From the human T2T-CHM13v2.0 reference genome, Homo sapiens: a stretch of 64,000 nt of DNA. Where the stretch lies: assembly GCF_009914755.1 (NCBI RefSeq), contig NC_060930.1; one strand, given 5' to 3'. Positions 45,163 to 62,968 of this stretch are shown here, piece by piece. The notes below the pieces were generated by a model. It saw only the letters and a program-made list of their open reading frames with translations, searched no databases and was not told the origin of the DNA. Position numbers and translations under genes: made by a program. Every line of letters begins with the position of its first letter. Positions within the stretch are counted from its first letter, which is position 1.

Positions 45163-45799
45163 CCATCTCGTTTTGGGGAATGGGACTGGCTTCTTGATTA
45201 GAAGTGGTCACACTGCCGCAGGCTTCTATCCTTAGCCTAGCACAGCTGTGCTTACACTGCTGTGTGCCCTTCATAGTCAAAGGGCACAGTGGGTGCTTTC
45301 TAACCTTTCCTGCCATTGTGGGGCATGTCGTCCTGTGAAGGGCTGTTCCGGGGGAAATTAGAGAAATTGTCTGCCTCCGTTAGAACCTGCAATATTCTCG
45401 TGTTGTGTTGTCTTCTCTTTCCTGTCACAGTGTGTTATGCTTCCCAGCAGCAGACACGTATGTGTGTACACACATACTCATTCATTTATTCATTTTAGGA
45501 GAAGGCATTCACACATGAAAAACAATTGAGATTAATGGTAGTGTTTTAGGACCAGTGGCTTGGGGGCTTTTTATGGGTATTCCTAGCACCCATAAAGCAA
45601 TTTAGGAATTAACCATCCCCTTTCCTAATAGGATACCAGCCTTGAGAGAAGTGTTGGTCATATTTCTACAGCCTCATAATAGTAAAGTCAGTGTCTTCAT
45701 CACATGGACTCAGCATACTCTTAGAACTCCTCTTTAGTGGGTCAAATCTAGATTTACTTGCCCCCATTTTATTATTGAAAAAAAAAAAAGAAAACAAGG

Positions 45800-46193
<394 letters not shown>

Positions 46194-47158
46194 TCAGTCC
46201 CTGGTTGCTCCTCCAGGCAGTTGCCCTTCTCAGAAGCAGGGGGGGCAGTTTAGAGGATGACAGGTGTTCACCTTTCACGTGCAACAGGGTTCTTCTTAGT
46301 GGCCTAGGGAATTTGAGTGTGGAGGTCGGTATAGTGCAGTGTCATGATGTAAAGCAAAGCAATAACTGGGCTTCCTCTGCAGACAACTGGCAGGTAGGCC
46401 CACCTCGATGGCTGCTAAGATGAGCCCAGTGTGGCTGTGAAGCCTACAGGAGCCTTCTGAAAACGTTGCTCTATCTAGGCATCTAGGAAGGGCTTACTTT
46501 TGCTTTTTCAAACACCCTGTGAAAGACCAAGTCCATGGTCCATCATGGCCCCTTCCTTAATGTCTGCATGAGGCTCCAGAGCAGGGTTTTCCTTATGCCG
46601 GCTGTGCTCCGCAGGTGCAGCAAGCCTCTATGAGCCACATTTAGCCCAACCTTCTCTCCAAATCTGGGCTGGCCTCTGTGGCTGCTTATTTCCTGTAACA
46701 TTCAATGAAAGAGGATTTAGAAAGAGGATTTGGAACTTGAAAAGCAACTTTTTTCTCTCTTAGACCAGAATTAAGAAAATGTTTTTATCCCTCCTCCTAC
46801 CATCCTTGGATGTTGTATGACATTAAAATAATTTATGTCTATATGTCATTAGAACCGTGTAACACATTAACATCAAGTTAGTAAACTTTCACACATATTC
46901 TCACCACTCACCAATTGCCCCCAGGGCTATGTCCCTAGTGTCCTGCTTCTTACTCACAAATTCTCTGTTAGTGCCCACTGATGGCCCTTGTGTAGTTCCT
47001 GAATGATATAGAATGTTTCATTCAGGTAGCATCCCAATCCAGAGTAGGATCTGCATTGTCAGGCAATTTCTAAGGCACCATGCAAGATTTCAGCTTTGGG
47101 AACCTGGATTTGGGTGGTGTGCTTCCCTCCTTTTCACTTGGCACTTGTGTTCCTGCAG

Positions 47159-47293
47159 ATGGTCCGGCAGCATATCCCATCCCAGTGCAGAACATCAAGC
47201 CTCTGCTCACCGTCAGCTTCACCTCGGGAGACATCAGCTTAATGAACAACTACGATGACTTGTCTCCCACGGTCATCCGCTCAGGGCTGAAAG
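47159..47293 (+). CDS. TULP4: TULP4 internal coding exon (probably exon 5), 135 nt, (D)GPAAYPIPVQNIKPLLTVSFTSGDISLMNNYDDLSPTVIRSGLK(E)
   Basis: Acceptor ttgtgttcctgcag|AT and donor AAG|gtacag; phase 1/1. Confidence 0.95.
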
Positions 47294-48210
47294 GTACAGA
47301 ATGCTGCACACACCCCAAACCTGCAGACCGGGCCTGTGTGTGCTTGCCTCAAGGCCGGTCTTGTACACTCTGTGCTTACTGATTCCTGTCCTCTGTGGTG
47401 ACACCTTCTGGGCTTCATGGAGTCTGTTAACTAAAGCCACTCCCTCTTCACTCCTTTGCTTATCTGATAAGTCCATACCTAGTCTTATCTCAAAGGGAGA
47501 TTCCTGACATTCAGTCTTTGTCTTAGCCTGCTCTTTTCCTCACTATGACAAGAATGATCCTCTCTCAGGTGTACAGGTATGTTTGCATCTGGCTTACGCA
47601 TGTCTGCACAATAAACGGACTGCAGCACCTGCCATCCCTAAGGCAGCAGATGGTGCACAAGACATCATTTACACAGAAGCCCCTGTAATTTTAAGAATCT
47701 GACAGTCTTATTAAGGAACTGATCATCACTGTGCGATAAAGTTACCTTGAAAGACTTGTGGAGGTTCTGCAATTACTAGACTGAGGCATTGTTGTGAAGG
47801 GCAGCAGTCAAGTGCTGATACCTTCCTGATAGATATTATGAGTGTTGTTATCTCAAAAGAAAATCAGTGGGCATAGGCATTTGGAGTGTTGTGAATTTTG
47901 CAGTTCAAGAGTACTGTTGATGTTGTTGACCCCATTGATGTGAGTTCTATGGAAAAACAATCTGTCTCTTCAGGGTTGAATGGTACAAGGTAAAAAGGTT
48001 TTAAAATTCAATACCTGGGCTGCCTCTGACCCTTGATGTTTAAGGGACCTCCTGTAATCTGAATGAGGATATAGGAGACAAGCCAGGAACTTTGGTGTAA
48101 CTCGCTGCTGTCATTCAAAACTGGCCATTGGTCTAGGGAGTCATTACCGTGCGCTACTGCTGCTTGCCTGAATTATTCAGCAGTCACAGGGATGTAAAGA
48201 ATCAAGTCTA

Positions 48211-49061
<851 letters not shown>

Positions 49062-49633
49062 TTACTCTATTTTTAAACTATAGAATATTTTTAGAAACAT
49101 ATTACATACCCTCTTTTGGGCATCCCAATCTACTGTCTCAGGACTGTAATTATAAGGAATTACTTAGGCTGTAAAGTCCTGAGGGACATGAATGACGTTG
49201 AAGTCCTTTTTATCACACATAGGCCCTGGTAGGAGTTGAGTACATATTTTTTGTGGTGATGATGAACTTAAATTCCTGTGCTTGTCTGTAAATTTTTTTC
49301 TGAATGTTCTGTCTTTCATGGAGCTAAAACACAGGATGATCAACATTAATTCCTAATGTATTTATAATCCATGCTTAACTTTTTTCTTCAAAATTCTATT
49401 TTTAAACCTTTAAACCAAGTTTATTAATTTTTTGAGAACCTGCCTCTAGTTCAGGAATCCAGAACTTGGTTTCTCTACCAAATATCTGGTGAAGGCTGAA
49501 CATAATATAATTACCACTCAGTTCCTTTTTATTCTTTACGGGGGAATTTTTCCAGTTTTTTACCACCCTGCTTATGGAAACTTTATTTTTTATGCCTTGA
49601 ATATGCCCAAGGTATTGGAGCAACAGTTCTCTC

Positions 49634-49927
49634 TTTTTTTTTTTTTTGAGATGGAGTTTTGCTCTTGTTGCCCAGGCTGGAGTGCGGTGGCACGATCTTG
49701 GCTCACTGAGTCTTCTGCCTCCCAGTTTCAAGTGATTCTCCTGTCTCAGCCTCCCTAGTAGCTGGGATTACAGGCGCATGCCACCACGCCTGGCTAATTT
49801 TGGTATTTTTGGTAGAGATGGGGTTTCATCGTATTGGTCAGGCTGGTCTCGAACTTCTGACCTCAGGTGATCCACCCGCCTGGGCCTCCCGAAGTGCTGG
49901 GATTACAGGCGTGAGCCACCATACCCA
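49634..49927 (-). mobile_element. AluS
   Basis: Dimer. Confidence 0.88.
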
Positions 49928-50078
49928 TCCTGGAGCAGCACTTCTAACGTTTTGCAACCATATGTGCAATATAGGTAGAAGGATATGTTAGGTAAGTTGG
50001 GGAGGTGACCCAAAGTAGCCCTCCCAAATGTGAAATTTTTTTCCTTGAGTTTTCTTCTAAAAATACAGGCAAATTTAA

Positions 50079-50399
<321 letters not shown>

Positions 50400-50464
50400 A
50401 AATTTAACATTTTAATTATTACCTAACTAGATATCTAAATCTAACCTAAAAATGTTTTCAGTTA

Positions 50465-50824
<360 letters not shown>

Positions 50825-51323
50825 TTAGATTAAATCGAAATGAGCTGGTGCCATCAAGTAGGTGCTGTAAGGACAGAGAAAAAGCTTCCCTTCTGTCCTC
50901 TCTGAAGGTTCCCTGAAATGACTGACAGTAGACAGATTAACAGGAGAAAAGGCATAGAAATGTATTAATGTGAATAAGCATAGGACCCACATAAAATAAG
51001 AGACTCAAAGAAAGGCCACATGGTTGAAGTTTTTATACCCTTTCCATGGAAAGGAGGGAAATGGGGAGGTGGGTAGGCAATCATGATTAGTAGTAAGTGA
51101 TTTCTAGGGGAAATGAATGGATCCAGGAGGTAGACGTTACCTTGTTAATAATTCTTAGGAACTGAACAGGACTTGTAAGTTATGGGAAGGTGAGGGGTAG
51201 AACTCTTACTGTGACCAAAGGTTTCGACAACTTTTATTCTCTTCTCTGGTGGTTAAGTCTTTCCTGGTTATTTGGGGAAAGCAGGAGATCAGAAAGTCCC
51301 TGGCTCTGAAGCAGCTTCTAAGG

Positions 51324-51538
51324 CATGCTTGTCCAGCTTGCAGCCTGTGGGCCACATGCAGCCCAGGACAGCTTTGAATGTGGCCCAACACAAATTTGTA
51401 AACTTTCTGAAAACATTATGAGATTTTTTGTTTGTTTAAGCTCATCAGCTCTTGTTAGTATTCATGTATTTATGTGGCCCAAGACAATTCTTCTTCTTCC
51501 AGTGTGGCCCAAGGAAGCCAAAAGATTGGACACCTCTG
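51324..51538. mobile_element. MER30 hAT-Charlie element
   Basis: cagcccaggacagctttgaatgtggcccaacacaaatt...agattggacacctctg; exact 8-bp TSD TTCTAAGG at 51316-51323 and 51539-51546. Confidence 0.85.
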
Positions 51539-51577
51539 TTCTAAGGCCTTCCAGTTGTCTTTAATTCAAAATGCTCA

Positions 51578-51879
<302 letters not shown>

Positions 51880-54083
51880 TCAGTGTACCAAAACACCATA
51901 CTTGGGATCTCGTTCTCTGTGCCCCGACAGTGCTATATGTAGGCAATTTACCTTTTCTCTCTTGGGATCAGAATGTTTTAAGGACTTAGCCTTTACATGT
52001 GGTATGAATAGCAATCATTTTTGTTTTGTAACTTATTTTTTTATCCACTATCTTACGGGCTATGTTGGTAAATACTGGGATGAGACAACCAGAATACTGT
52101 TGGAGACGGCACATGGCAATGTTTTTAGCCTGGGGTCATCTGTTCTATTACAGACAGGTCAGCCACTTGTCTCATAGAGGAAATTAAAAAGGTCTCCGAT
52201 CCACTTGGTTTTTCTCTATTACTGTCTCAGAGGAACATCACTAAAGAACTTTGGCAGCGAAGGAAGGTAACTCGCACTATTGTTTTAGTGTATCACCAGC
52301 ACTGGAATTTACGACCTGTGCAAAAGAACCTAGAATTCCACATAGCTCTTGGTCCCTGCCCAGGCCTCTTCTGCATCAGCCAGCACACTTCATTTTCACT
52401 GCAGATGTGTCTGTGGGCTCAAAGGCCGGGTTCTGGGGAGGGTTAGGCTCTGATTTTGCTTGGCCGTGGTTTGCTGAGGAAGTTCTGCCTTCTTCAGATT
52501 CTCTTCCTTCAGAACAGGGACTTCTCTTCATCACGCAATAAGCAGGGAATTGATTCACTTTGCTTGGGGTTTTTACCCATTGTTATGACTTCTACTCTTT
52601 TCCTGAGTAGAAATAATTCAATCAGGAGTTCAGGAATTTTCTGCCCAAGCCAGTTCATCCCTCAGTGGCAAAGCAGACTCCCAGAGGCACTCATTTCATC
52701 CCACACTTGCCTTGAAATTAAAAGCTCCAACCCCTGAGCTTTGTTTGTGTTTTTTGTTTTGCAGAATTTTCTCTTTTTGTCATTTCATTAAGCACACTGA
52801 AAAAATGAGGAGGGAATTTTTGAGGCAGGTGGTTTCAGTCATTGATGCCATCTGCTCCTGTGGGCAGACCTGATAAGATTTGCCCACGTCGTCCTCATTG
52901 AGTACGTGCCCCTTTTTTTCAGTCCTTGCAGTGAAACATACTTCTTAAAGGAAAAAAAAATGTACCTGTTATTTTATCATCACACACTTTGCTAATTAAT
53001 TAGTTGCTCTTTCCTCCACCCCCCACTGCTCCACATGCACGTGTGTATGCACATACACAACATGCATGTCTAATGACTAATAAAGAGGTGAATCATGCAC
53101 ATGGTAATCTAAGGGACAAAGAACTGGATAACTTCAGACTCCAAACAGTAGCTGCAATATATATGGTGCTTGATAAGCACTCCTTTCTTTTTCTGTTAAA
53201 ATTTAGCTGCCTCTTTTTGACCCAGTAATACCACACAAAGGGCTTCTTGTTAATACAAAAGAACTAAATTTTCACTGACTTCATATAACCTTCCAGACTT
53301 TTACCAAAAAGGATCCATAAGATTTTCTGGCTAAAAGAGAATAGTGTAGGTGTGCTGAATTTTTTTGTGTAAAACATATCAGAGACCGAAAACCCACACC
53401 CCCCAAAATCATTGAGAAGAAACATAGATGCTTCCAGAGTACGGACCTCTTGTGTGCTCTAGAACTCCCCATTGCCTGTGAGGGTGAGATTAGAGACTCT
53501 GGGCCACGAGCTTTAGGAAAAGGGAAAAGAGGCCTACTGAGTAGAGCATTAGTTTGTTCCTTTTAGGTTGTATTCTGAAACAAATTTAAAAATAGGAGAT
53601 TCAAACAAAATTATTACTCAAGTCTTGGGCAAAGATACTGGGGATTATTTTTTAAATAAGACAGACATCATTTACAAAAAGTTTCTGAAACAAAAAAGTT
53701 CTGTCCTGACTATATCTAGGCTTCTGTATCCTTCTCTTCTTTATCATAATGACATGTAGAAATTGAATGAGTATTTTCTTTTACTTTGATTTTCCCACTA
53801 ATTTCTGAAAATTTTAAACTCTTGCCCTAGGAATTCAACTCCTGCAGAAAACTCACATACTCCTGGCTGACACTGAACAATTCAGGGTTATTCTTTCTTA
53901 GTCCCACTGCTGAATTCTTCATGCTAGTACTTTATGAGATAGCCTGTGTCCCTGGTCGCGGCTGTGCCTGTCATGTGGCTCAGGACTGCTTTATGCTAAA
54001 TCATCAGAGGCACTCACATACGTTGCTATATCGCTTGATGCATGTAGCTCCATAATCGTTGGAACAAGAAATGGCATTATTTA

Positions 54084-54515
<432 letters not shown>

Positions 54516-56133
54516 TCAGATAGATAGCCCATCTCGTAGACAGAGCCTGGGAGTGCCCCAGGTTGCTTGCTGAGTCCCTGAGCAGTTTCCGAAAGCATCA
54601 TAGGTCAGCTCTGCAGGGGCAACAACCCACTTTTCTGTTGGGGAAAGCCACCTTGCAATACAATTCAAAAAAATATTATTTTAAAAATAAATACAAGAAT
54701 GGTGCAGTTCAGGTGAGGAGCTGTGGAAATTTCATGTCGTCATCTTTATTTCTACAATATTACAATGATGCTTCTGTCCTAAGAAGCTTGAGACACCGTC
54801 ATCTTTGTTACTACTATGACTGTTTATGTTAGTGCCTCACCTTTTGGTTTCCTTGTGTGCCCAAAGCTGCTCTCCAGAGAACGTCATCTCAGTTTCCTGA
54901 TCACAAGCAGGCTTTTCCCTGAGATAGATCCAGGCATTGAATGCCCAGAGCACATTTAGTATGTGCACGAATCCTCTAGCTTCCCCTCGCATTTGTAAAA
55001 GAATCTGATTCACCAGGATGTTTTTGGTTCTTTTATGTAATTTTTCATTTCCTGATTGTGGCAGGTTTTTTTCCATTTTCTATTCATCTGTAACTGCTTT
55101 GGCTCAGCCCTTTGTCTCCCTACTTTCTGCCCTGCAGCTAACTTCATGAGAAAGTCCCGTGTTCCCTGGGTCTGGAAACCTGTCTTGTCCCAGGAGACAC
55201 ACTCTAGTTTTCAAGAGACGTGAAAGAGCTTCAGCAACCTCAGAATGTTCTGGTGGCAGCATCAAAATCATGACCATGCATGAATAAGGGGTATTGTCAT
55301 GTGTGTGCTGATAGAGCCCGGGGACCACTGAATTCTAGCCCCATCTCTGAAATATGTGCCCATCAGGGCAGAGCATTTTCTTTTAAGTTCCGCCCAGCTT
55401 CTCTGCAAAGTGGGCCACTTTAGTTCTAGATTTCAGAGATCTCTGTATAAACCAGATTACGATTTTAGGGTCTTGAAGGAGAAAAAAAAAATGTCATAAA
55501 TCTTATTAATACTAATGGCTTTTGTTTTACCAGCAAGAAATAAGTAAATTGCTCTCATTGGGATAAGATAAACCTTTTAATAACCATTTCTTATAGGCAC
55601 TGAGTAGTTTGTAGGTGGGCATCGAATTTCCAATGTGGAAATTATGCTGAAAAAACTGTCTCCCAGCAGGGGTATTTATTTTCTTTTCTAAGCCCCACAA
55701 CATCATCAAATGACAAGAGTCAGCATTCTCATATGCATGTGTGTCCTTTGTATGAACCTTATCTGCCCAGTAGTGCCCAGAAATCAAATGAATATAAACT
55801 AAGACTTTGTTTTCGATGTGCTTTTTACTTTTGGCATTTATAAACTCTCTGAGTCATCCCTGGGAGTGGAGGCCACAGCAGTGGGACCAGTACTTATATG
55901 AATATACAGTCATAGGTTTTATTGTCTTGCTGTCTCTTAAAAAAAAAAAAAAGGAAGTTCTACAAGTCTCATGGAAATACTGGAATTGGAGATACATATT
56001 TAACATGCTAACTTTATTAGATCATGATTTCTACCTAATTTGGTTGTGTTTCAGTAAACTACAATCCCCAGTCATGTGACAAACACCTGTTTTTAATAGA
56101 ATCCATCATCTTCAGAGAAATTGGTTGTATTCA

Positions 56134-56487
<354 letters not shown>

Positions 56488-56588
56488 TCAGTGTCTGTAT
56501 TTTTTAAACTACTGAAGACAGTAGGCTTGCTGAGTGGCAGTTTGAGGAGGGCTGTGTCCTTGTGCTGACCCTCTCTCCTCTGTTTCAG

Positions 56589-56755
56589 AGGTGGTAGCCC
56601 AGTGGTGCACACAGGGGGACTTGCTGGCAGTCGCTGGGATGGAACGGCAGACCCAGCTTGGTGAGCTTCCCAATGGTCCCCTTCTGAAGAGTGCCATGGT
56701 CAAGTTCTACAATGTTCGTGGGGAGCACATCTTCACACTGGACACTCTCGTGCAG
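56589..56755 (+). CDS. TULP4: TULP4 internal coding exon (probably exon 6), 167 nt, (E)VVAQWCTQGDLLAVAGMERQTQLGELPNGPLLKSAMVKFYNVRGEHIFTLDTLVQ
   Basis: Branch-like gctgac, tract cctctctcctctgtttcag|AG and donor CAG|gtaagg; phase 1/0 restores the frame. Confidence 0.95.
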
Positions 56756-57046
56756 GTAAGGATGTTCTCTGGAAACAAGTACATTTTCAGCAGTATACTA
56801 GTGAATAGGTTATTATAATTATTGTTGACAAATTTTATTTTAATCTTTTTTTACCTTAGGTTGTGGTGGGTAAACCAGGAGAAATAAGGGAGAAAGCAGT
56901 TTTTGCCTTTTAACCAGAATGCTTTATTCTATTTCCCAGTCAAATGAGCACATAGTGAATAAGCAGAGTAAGCTGGTGTTTATCATCAGTCTGAAGCAGA
57001 AATCAGAAAATTGCAGAAGTGAATGCTGAATCTTCACTTATTCACT

Positions 57047-58219
<1,173 letters not shown>

Positions 58220-58489
58220 CACTCTGATTTTATATTTGTTATGCCAGTGATGAACCTTTACATTTTAACTAAATTGTTGTTAAGCAGTAATTTTAAAAGC
58301 TTAAAAGTCTTTAAGAAAGTATACACAGATGGGCCCCCTTTCTATTTGTTTTTATTTCCCAGAAATCTTTAGGCCACCTTATGTTTGAGTCAGTTATAGT
58401 GGAGGATGAATTATCAGCAGCGCGTAATAGACGTATGCCTGGGAGGGAGTTGACAGTGGAGGTGATAATGAACAAGAATCTGTGTCCTA

Positions 58490-58738
58490 GGAAGGGGAAC
58501 ATCACACACCAGGGCCTGTTGTAGGGTGGGGGTAGCGGGGAGGGATAGCATTTAGGAGATATACCTAATGTAAATGATGAGTAATGGGTGCAGCACGCCA
58601 ACGTGGCACATGTATACATATGTAACAAACCTGCACATTGTGCACATGTACCCTAGAACTTAAAGTATAATAAAAATATATATATATATATATAAAAAGA
58701 AAAAATAAATGGAATAGACTTCATTAAAAAAAAAAAAA
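58490..58738 (+). mobile_element. 5'-truncated L1PA 3' end (L1PA4/5-like) with a short 3' extension
   Basis: ggaaggggaacatcacacacc...ccctagaacttaaagtataataaa; 16-bp TSD aagaatctgtgtccta at 58474-58489 and 58737-58752. Confidence 0.9.
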
Positions 58739-59105
58739 GAATCTGTGTCCTAACATTACTCAGCTCATCAGAGAGGCAGGGATACCAGATATGGGGAAAT
58801 CTGTAATTACATGCAGGCATTAAATATTTAAATATATATTTTCTTCTTTTAATTGTGGTAAAACACATATAACATAAAATTTATCGTCTTAACCATTTTT
58901 AAGTGTACTGTTTTGTAGTGCTGAGTGTATTACATTATTATACAACCAATTTCCAGCACCTTTTCATCTTGCAAAACTAAAACTCTTTACCTATTAAACA
59001 ACTACTCCCTGTTTCTCCCTCCTCCCAGTCCATGAGAAGCACCATTTTACTATCTTTTCTGTGAGTTTGACTCTACAAACCTCATGTAAGTGGAATTATG
59101 CAATA

Positions 59106-60277
59106 TGTTGACAAACCAAATTCTGTACAATATTTAAAGAGGTTTAGTCTGAGCCAAATATGAGCAACCATGGCCTAGGACACAGTCTCAAGAGGTCCTG
59201 AGAATATGTGATGTGCCTTAGGTAGTCAGGTCACAGCTTGGTTTTGTACATTTTAGGGAGACAGAAGTTACAGACAAAGACATACATCAATACCCGTAAG
59301 GCACATGTTGGTTAAGCCTGTGGAAAGATAGGACATCTTGAAACCAGGCCATACACATGTCACAGGTGGATTCAAAGATTTTCTGATTGGTTGAAAATCT
59401 TTGGTTGGTTGAAAGAGTTAAGCTTTGCCTAAAGGCTTGAAGTCAGGAGAAACAATTGCTTGAGTTAAGGTAAGGGGGTTGTGGAAGCCAACGTTCTTGT
59501 TCCCCGCTGCAACACCCCCCGCCGCAAGACGGAGGTCTTGCCCTGTCCCACAGGCTGGAGTGTAGTGGCGCGATCTCAGCTCACTGCAACCTCTGCCTCC
59601 CGGGTTTAAGCAGTTCTGCTTTCACCCTGTTGACCAGGCTGGTCTCCAACTCCTGACCTTGTGATCCGCCCTCCTCGGCCTCCTATAGTGCTAGAATTAC
59701 AGGCAGGAGCCACTGCGCCTGGCCCCAAGGTTCTTGTTATGCAGATGAAACTACTTAAGTAGCAGGCTTCAGGGTGAATAAATGGTAAATGTCTCCTTTC
59801 AGACCTTAAAAGGTATCAGACTCTTGGTTAAATGTCTCCTGAATCAGGAAAAGACCTAGAAAAGGAAGGAGATTCTCTACAAAATGCAAATTTCCCAACA
59901 AGAGATGGTTTTGCAGGGTTTTGCCATTTGCGGGTTTTGCCATTTGCAGGTTTTGCCATTTCAAAATATATCAACAAACTATATTTGGGGGTAAAATACT
60001 TTGATTTCCTTCAACGTGATGGTATGTCATAATCACGTTGGAATTTGGTATCTTATTGCTACGAAGAGTCAGTTTTATCAGTCTTTCCTCTATTTTAATG
60101 TTAATGTTGGTCAGTTGTGCCTAAACCCCAAAGGGATGGGGGCAATTTAAGGACCATGCCCAAACTTCCTTCCTGTCACAGCCTGAACTAGTTTTCTAGA
60201 CTCCTTTGGGATCCCCTTGGCCAACAGCAGGCCCATTCCGTAGGTTGGGTGGCTTAGAATTTTATTTTTGGTTTACA
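59106..60277 (-). mobile_element. MER4-group LTR (MER4D/B-like) containing a deleted Alu (59502-59724)
   Basis: tgttgacaaaccaaattctg...ttatttttggtttaca. Confidence 0.72.
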
Positions 60278-60617
60278 AGTGTTTATTTTTTTCTGACTGG
60301 CTTATTTCACTTAGCATAATGTCCTTAAGGTTCATCCATGTTGTACCATGTGTCAGAATTTTCTTTCTTTTTAAGGCTGAATAATATTTTATTGTATGGA
60401 TATACCACATTTTGTTTACCCATTGATGGACATTTGGGTTTCTTCCATCTTTCGGCTGTTGTGAATAATTCTTCTGTGAACATGGGTGTACAGATCTCTT
60501 TGAGACCCTGCTTTTCAAGTCTTCTGGATTTGTGCCCAGAAGTGGACTTGCTGGATCATATGGTAATTCTATTTTTAATTTTGTGAGGAACTGCCGTACT
60601 GTTTTTTCATAGCAGCT

Positions 60618-61322
60618 TGTTAACAGAAAGACTAAACTGTAAAATATTTTAAAGAGGTTTATTTTGAGCCAGTATGAGTGATGCTGGCCCAGCAAAACAG
60701 TCTCAAGAGGTCCTGAGAAAGTGCGCCCGAAGCAGTTGAATTACAGTCTGGTTTTGTACATTTCAGGGAGGCAAGAGTTACAGGCAAAGACATAAATCAA
60801 CATGTGGAAGGTATACGTTGGCTCAGCTTGAAAATGTGGAATATCTTGAAACCAGGAGAAGTAGAGGAGTATACAAGTCAGGTAGATTCAGAGATTCTTT
60901 AATCTACAGTTAGTTAAAGCAACAAAATTTGGTCTAGAACTTGGGAGTCAGCAGAAAGGAATATTTTAAGTTAAAACGTTCGGAAGCTATGTCAGAGTCA
61001 GCCAAAATTATGACCCATTTAGTGAGATTGATGGCCTGTAGGCATGGCTCAAGGCTTGCCTTGCATGGCCTTAGGTATTGTTTAGAATTTGTTATCTTAT
61101 TGCCATCAAGAGCCTTTTGTCAGTCTTATGATCTCTATTTTAACATTTACTCAGGTCAGTTGGACCTAAATTCCAGATGGGAGGGAGTATAATGAGGTTG
61201 TGTCCAGCCTCCCTTCCTGTCATGGCTGGGAATTCAGTTTTTAAGGTTTTTCTGGGGTTTCCTTGGCCAAGAGAGTCTCCATTCAGTCGATAGGGGGCTT
61301 AGGATTTTATTTTTGGTTTACA
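60618..61322 (-). mobile_element. Second MER4-group LTR
   Basis: tgttaacagaaagactaaactg...ttatttttggtttaca; agct / agcg flanks. Confidence 0.72.
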
Positions 61323-62286
61323 AGCGGCACCATTTTACATTTTCACTAACATTACACAAGGATTCTAGTTTTTCCACATCCTTGCCAACATTGTCATTTT
61401 TCTGGGATTTTTTTTGGACTAACCATCCTCTTGGATGTTAGGTGATATCTCATTGTGGTTTTGATTTGCATTTCCCTAAGGATTAATAATGTTGATTAGT
61501 GATGTTGTCGTGTATCTTCTTTTGAGAAATGTGTGTTCAAGTCCTTTGCCCATTTTTCAATCAGGTTATTTGGGTTTTTGTTTTTAAGAAGTAGGATTAA
61601 ACTGTGTCTTTGGGCAGTATAATATTTTGAGCAAATAAGCATATTTGTTCACTCATTTGTTCAAGCATCCAGCCAAGATATTTTGAGGAGCTACTGTGTG
61701 GCTGGCACTGAGCTCTGAGTGCTTGTGTTTCAGGGCTGAACAAGGAAGACATGATCCATATCTCCTAGGAGCTCACAGCTAGTTAAGGAAGACAGACAAG
61801 TGATGACACAGAAATGCTTTTGACTTTGAAGTAGAACTGTTTACCTGGTGCTTTGATAACCTGGAGGAAAGGAGTCTTGCACCTGCTCTTTGTGGGTATT
61901 TTTCCACCTCTGCCTGATCACTTTTCGCACTCTGTATTCCTCAGACAATTTCAACCAGTCTTACAGCTTTAATTCCAATCTCAATGAAGGTCTGAAGCCT
62001 AAGGAAAGAGGCCTGTATAGACCCACCTGCTTACTTCACAGACCCATTAGCCATCTCATAAGCATTGCACATTCAACATGCCCAAATCTCGGAACACTCC
62101 ACCTCTTAAATAATGCTCCTCTTCCAGGTTGTGGTCCAGCTGCTCAAGCCAGAAGTCAGCAGTCAGCCTGTCCACTGAATCCCAGTGGGTATTTTTACCT
62201 CCTAGATATCTTCATGTCTACATCCTTTTGTCTTCCTTGGCCACCACCTTAGTCCAAGCCACCCTCATCTTAGCTGCAGTGTTTGA

Positions 62287-62605
<319 letters not shown>

Positions 62606-62968
62606 CCTGCCTTTCCCTTTTAAACTGTTCTTCACTTTGCAGCCACAGTCTTTGTAAAATCACAAGTCAGATCAGTAGCTTCTTACTATCCTTAGGATAA
62701 AGTTAAAAAATTCATTGTGCCTTAAAAAGATCACCATAATCTGGCCCTCCATCCCCTCTAGAATTAGCTCTTACCACTCCATCCTCCTCTGACCCTGCCA
62801 ATCTGGATTTTTCTGTTTCTCAGTTTACCAGATGCCTCCTTTCTTCCAAGCTTTGCACCACGCCTGGAACAGATCTTGGCTCATGGCAGTCTCAGTAAAT
62901 ACTGGTTGAATGAATCAGTGAGCCTTAACATTGTATCTTACTGCTGCCCATTACTTGGTGAGTTATGT

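Larger units (their letters stand above)
58842..61585 (-). mobile_element. L1MB-type 3' region split by two MER4-group LTRs
   Basis: aattgtggtaaaacacatataacataaaattt...; continues at 60278-60617 and 61323-61585. Confidence 0.8.

Noticed and set aside
59908-59961. Triple ggttttgccatttgc repeat
   Set aside because: A small slippage duplication inside an LTR with no sign of function.
59106-61322. Two similar MER4-group LTRs in the same orientation that could be the ends of a provirus
   Set aside because: The sequence between them is the host L1MB, each LTR has its own insertion site, and they differ substantially.
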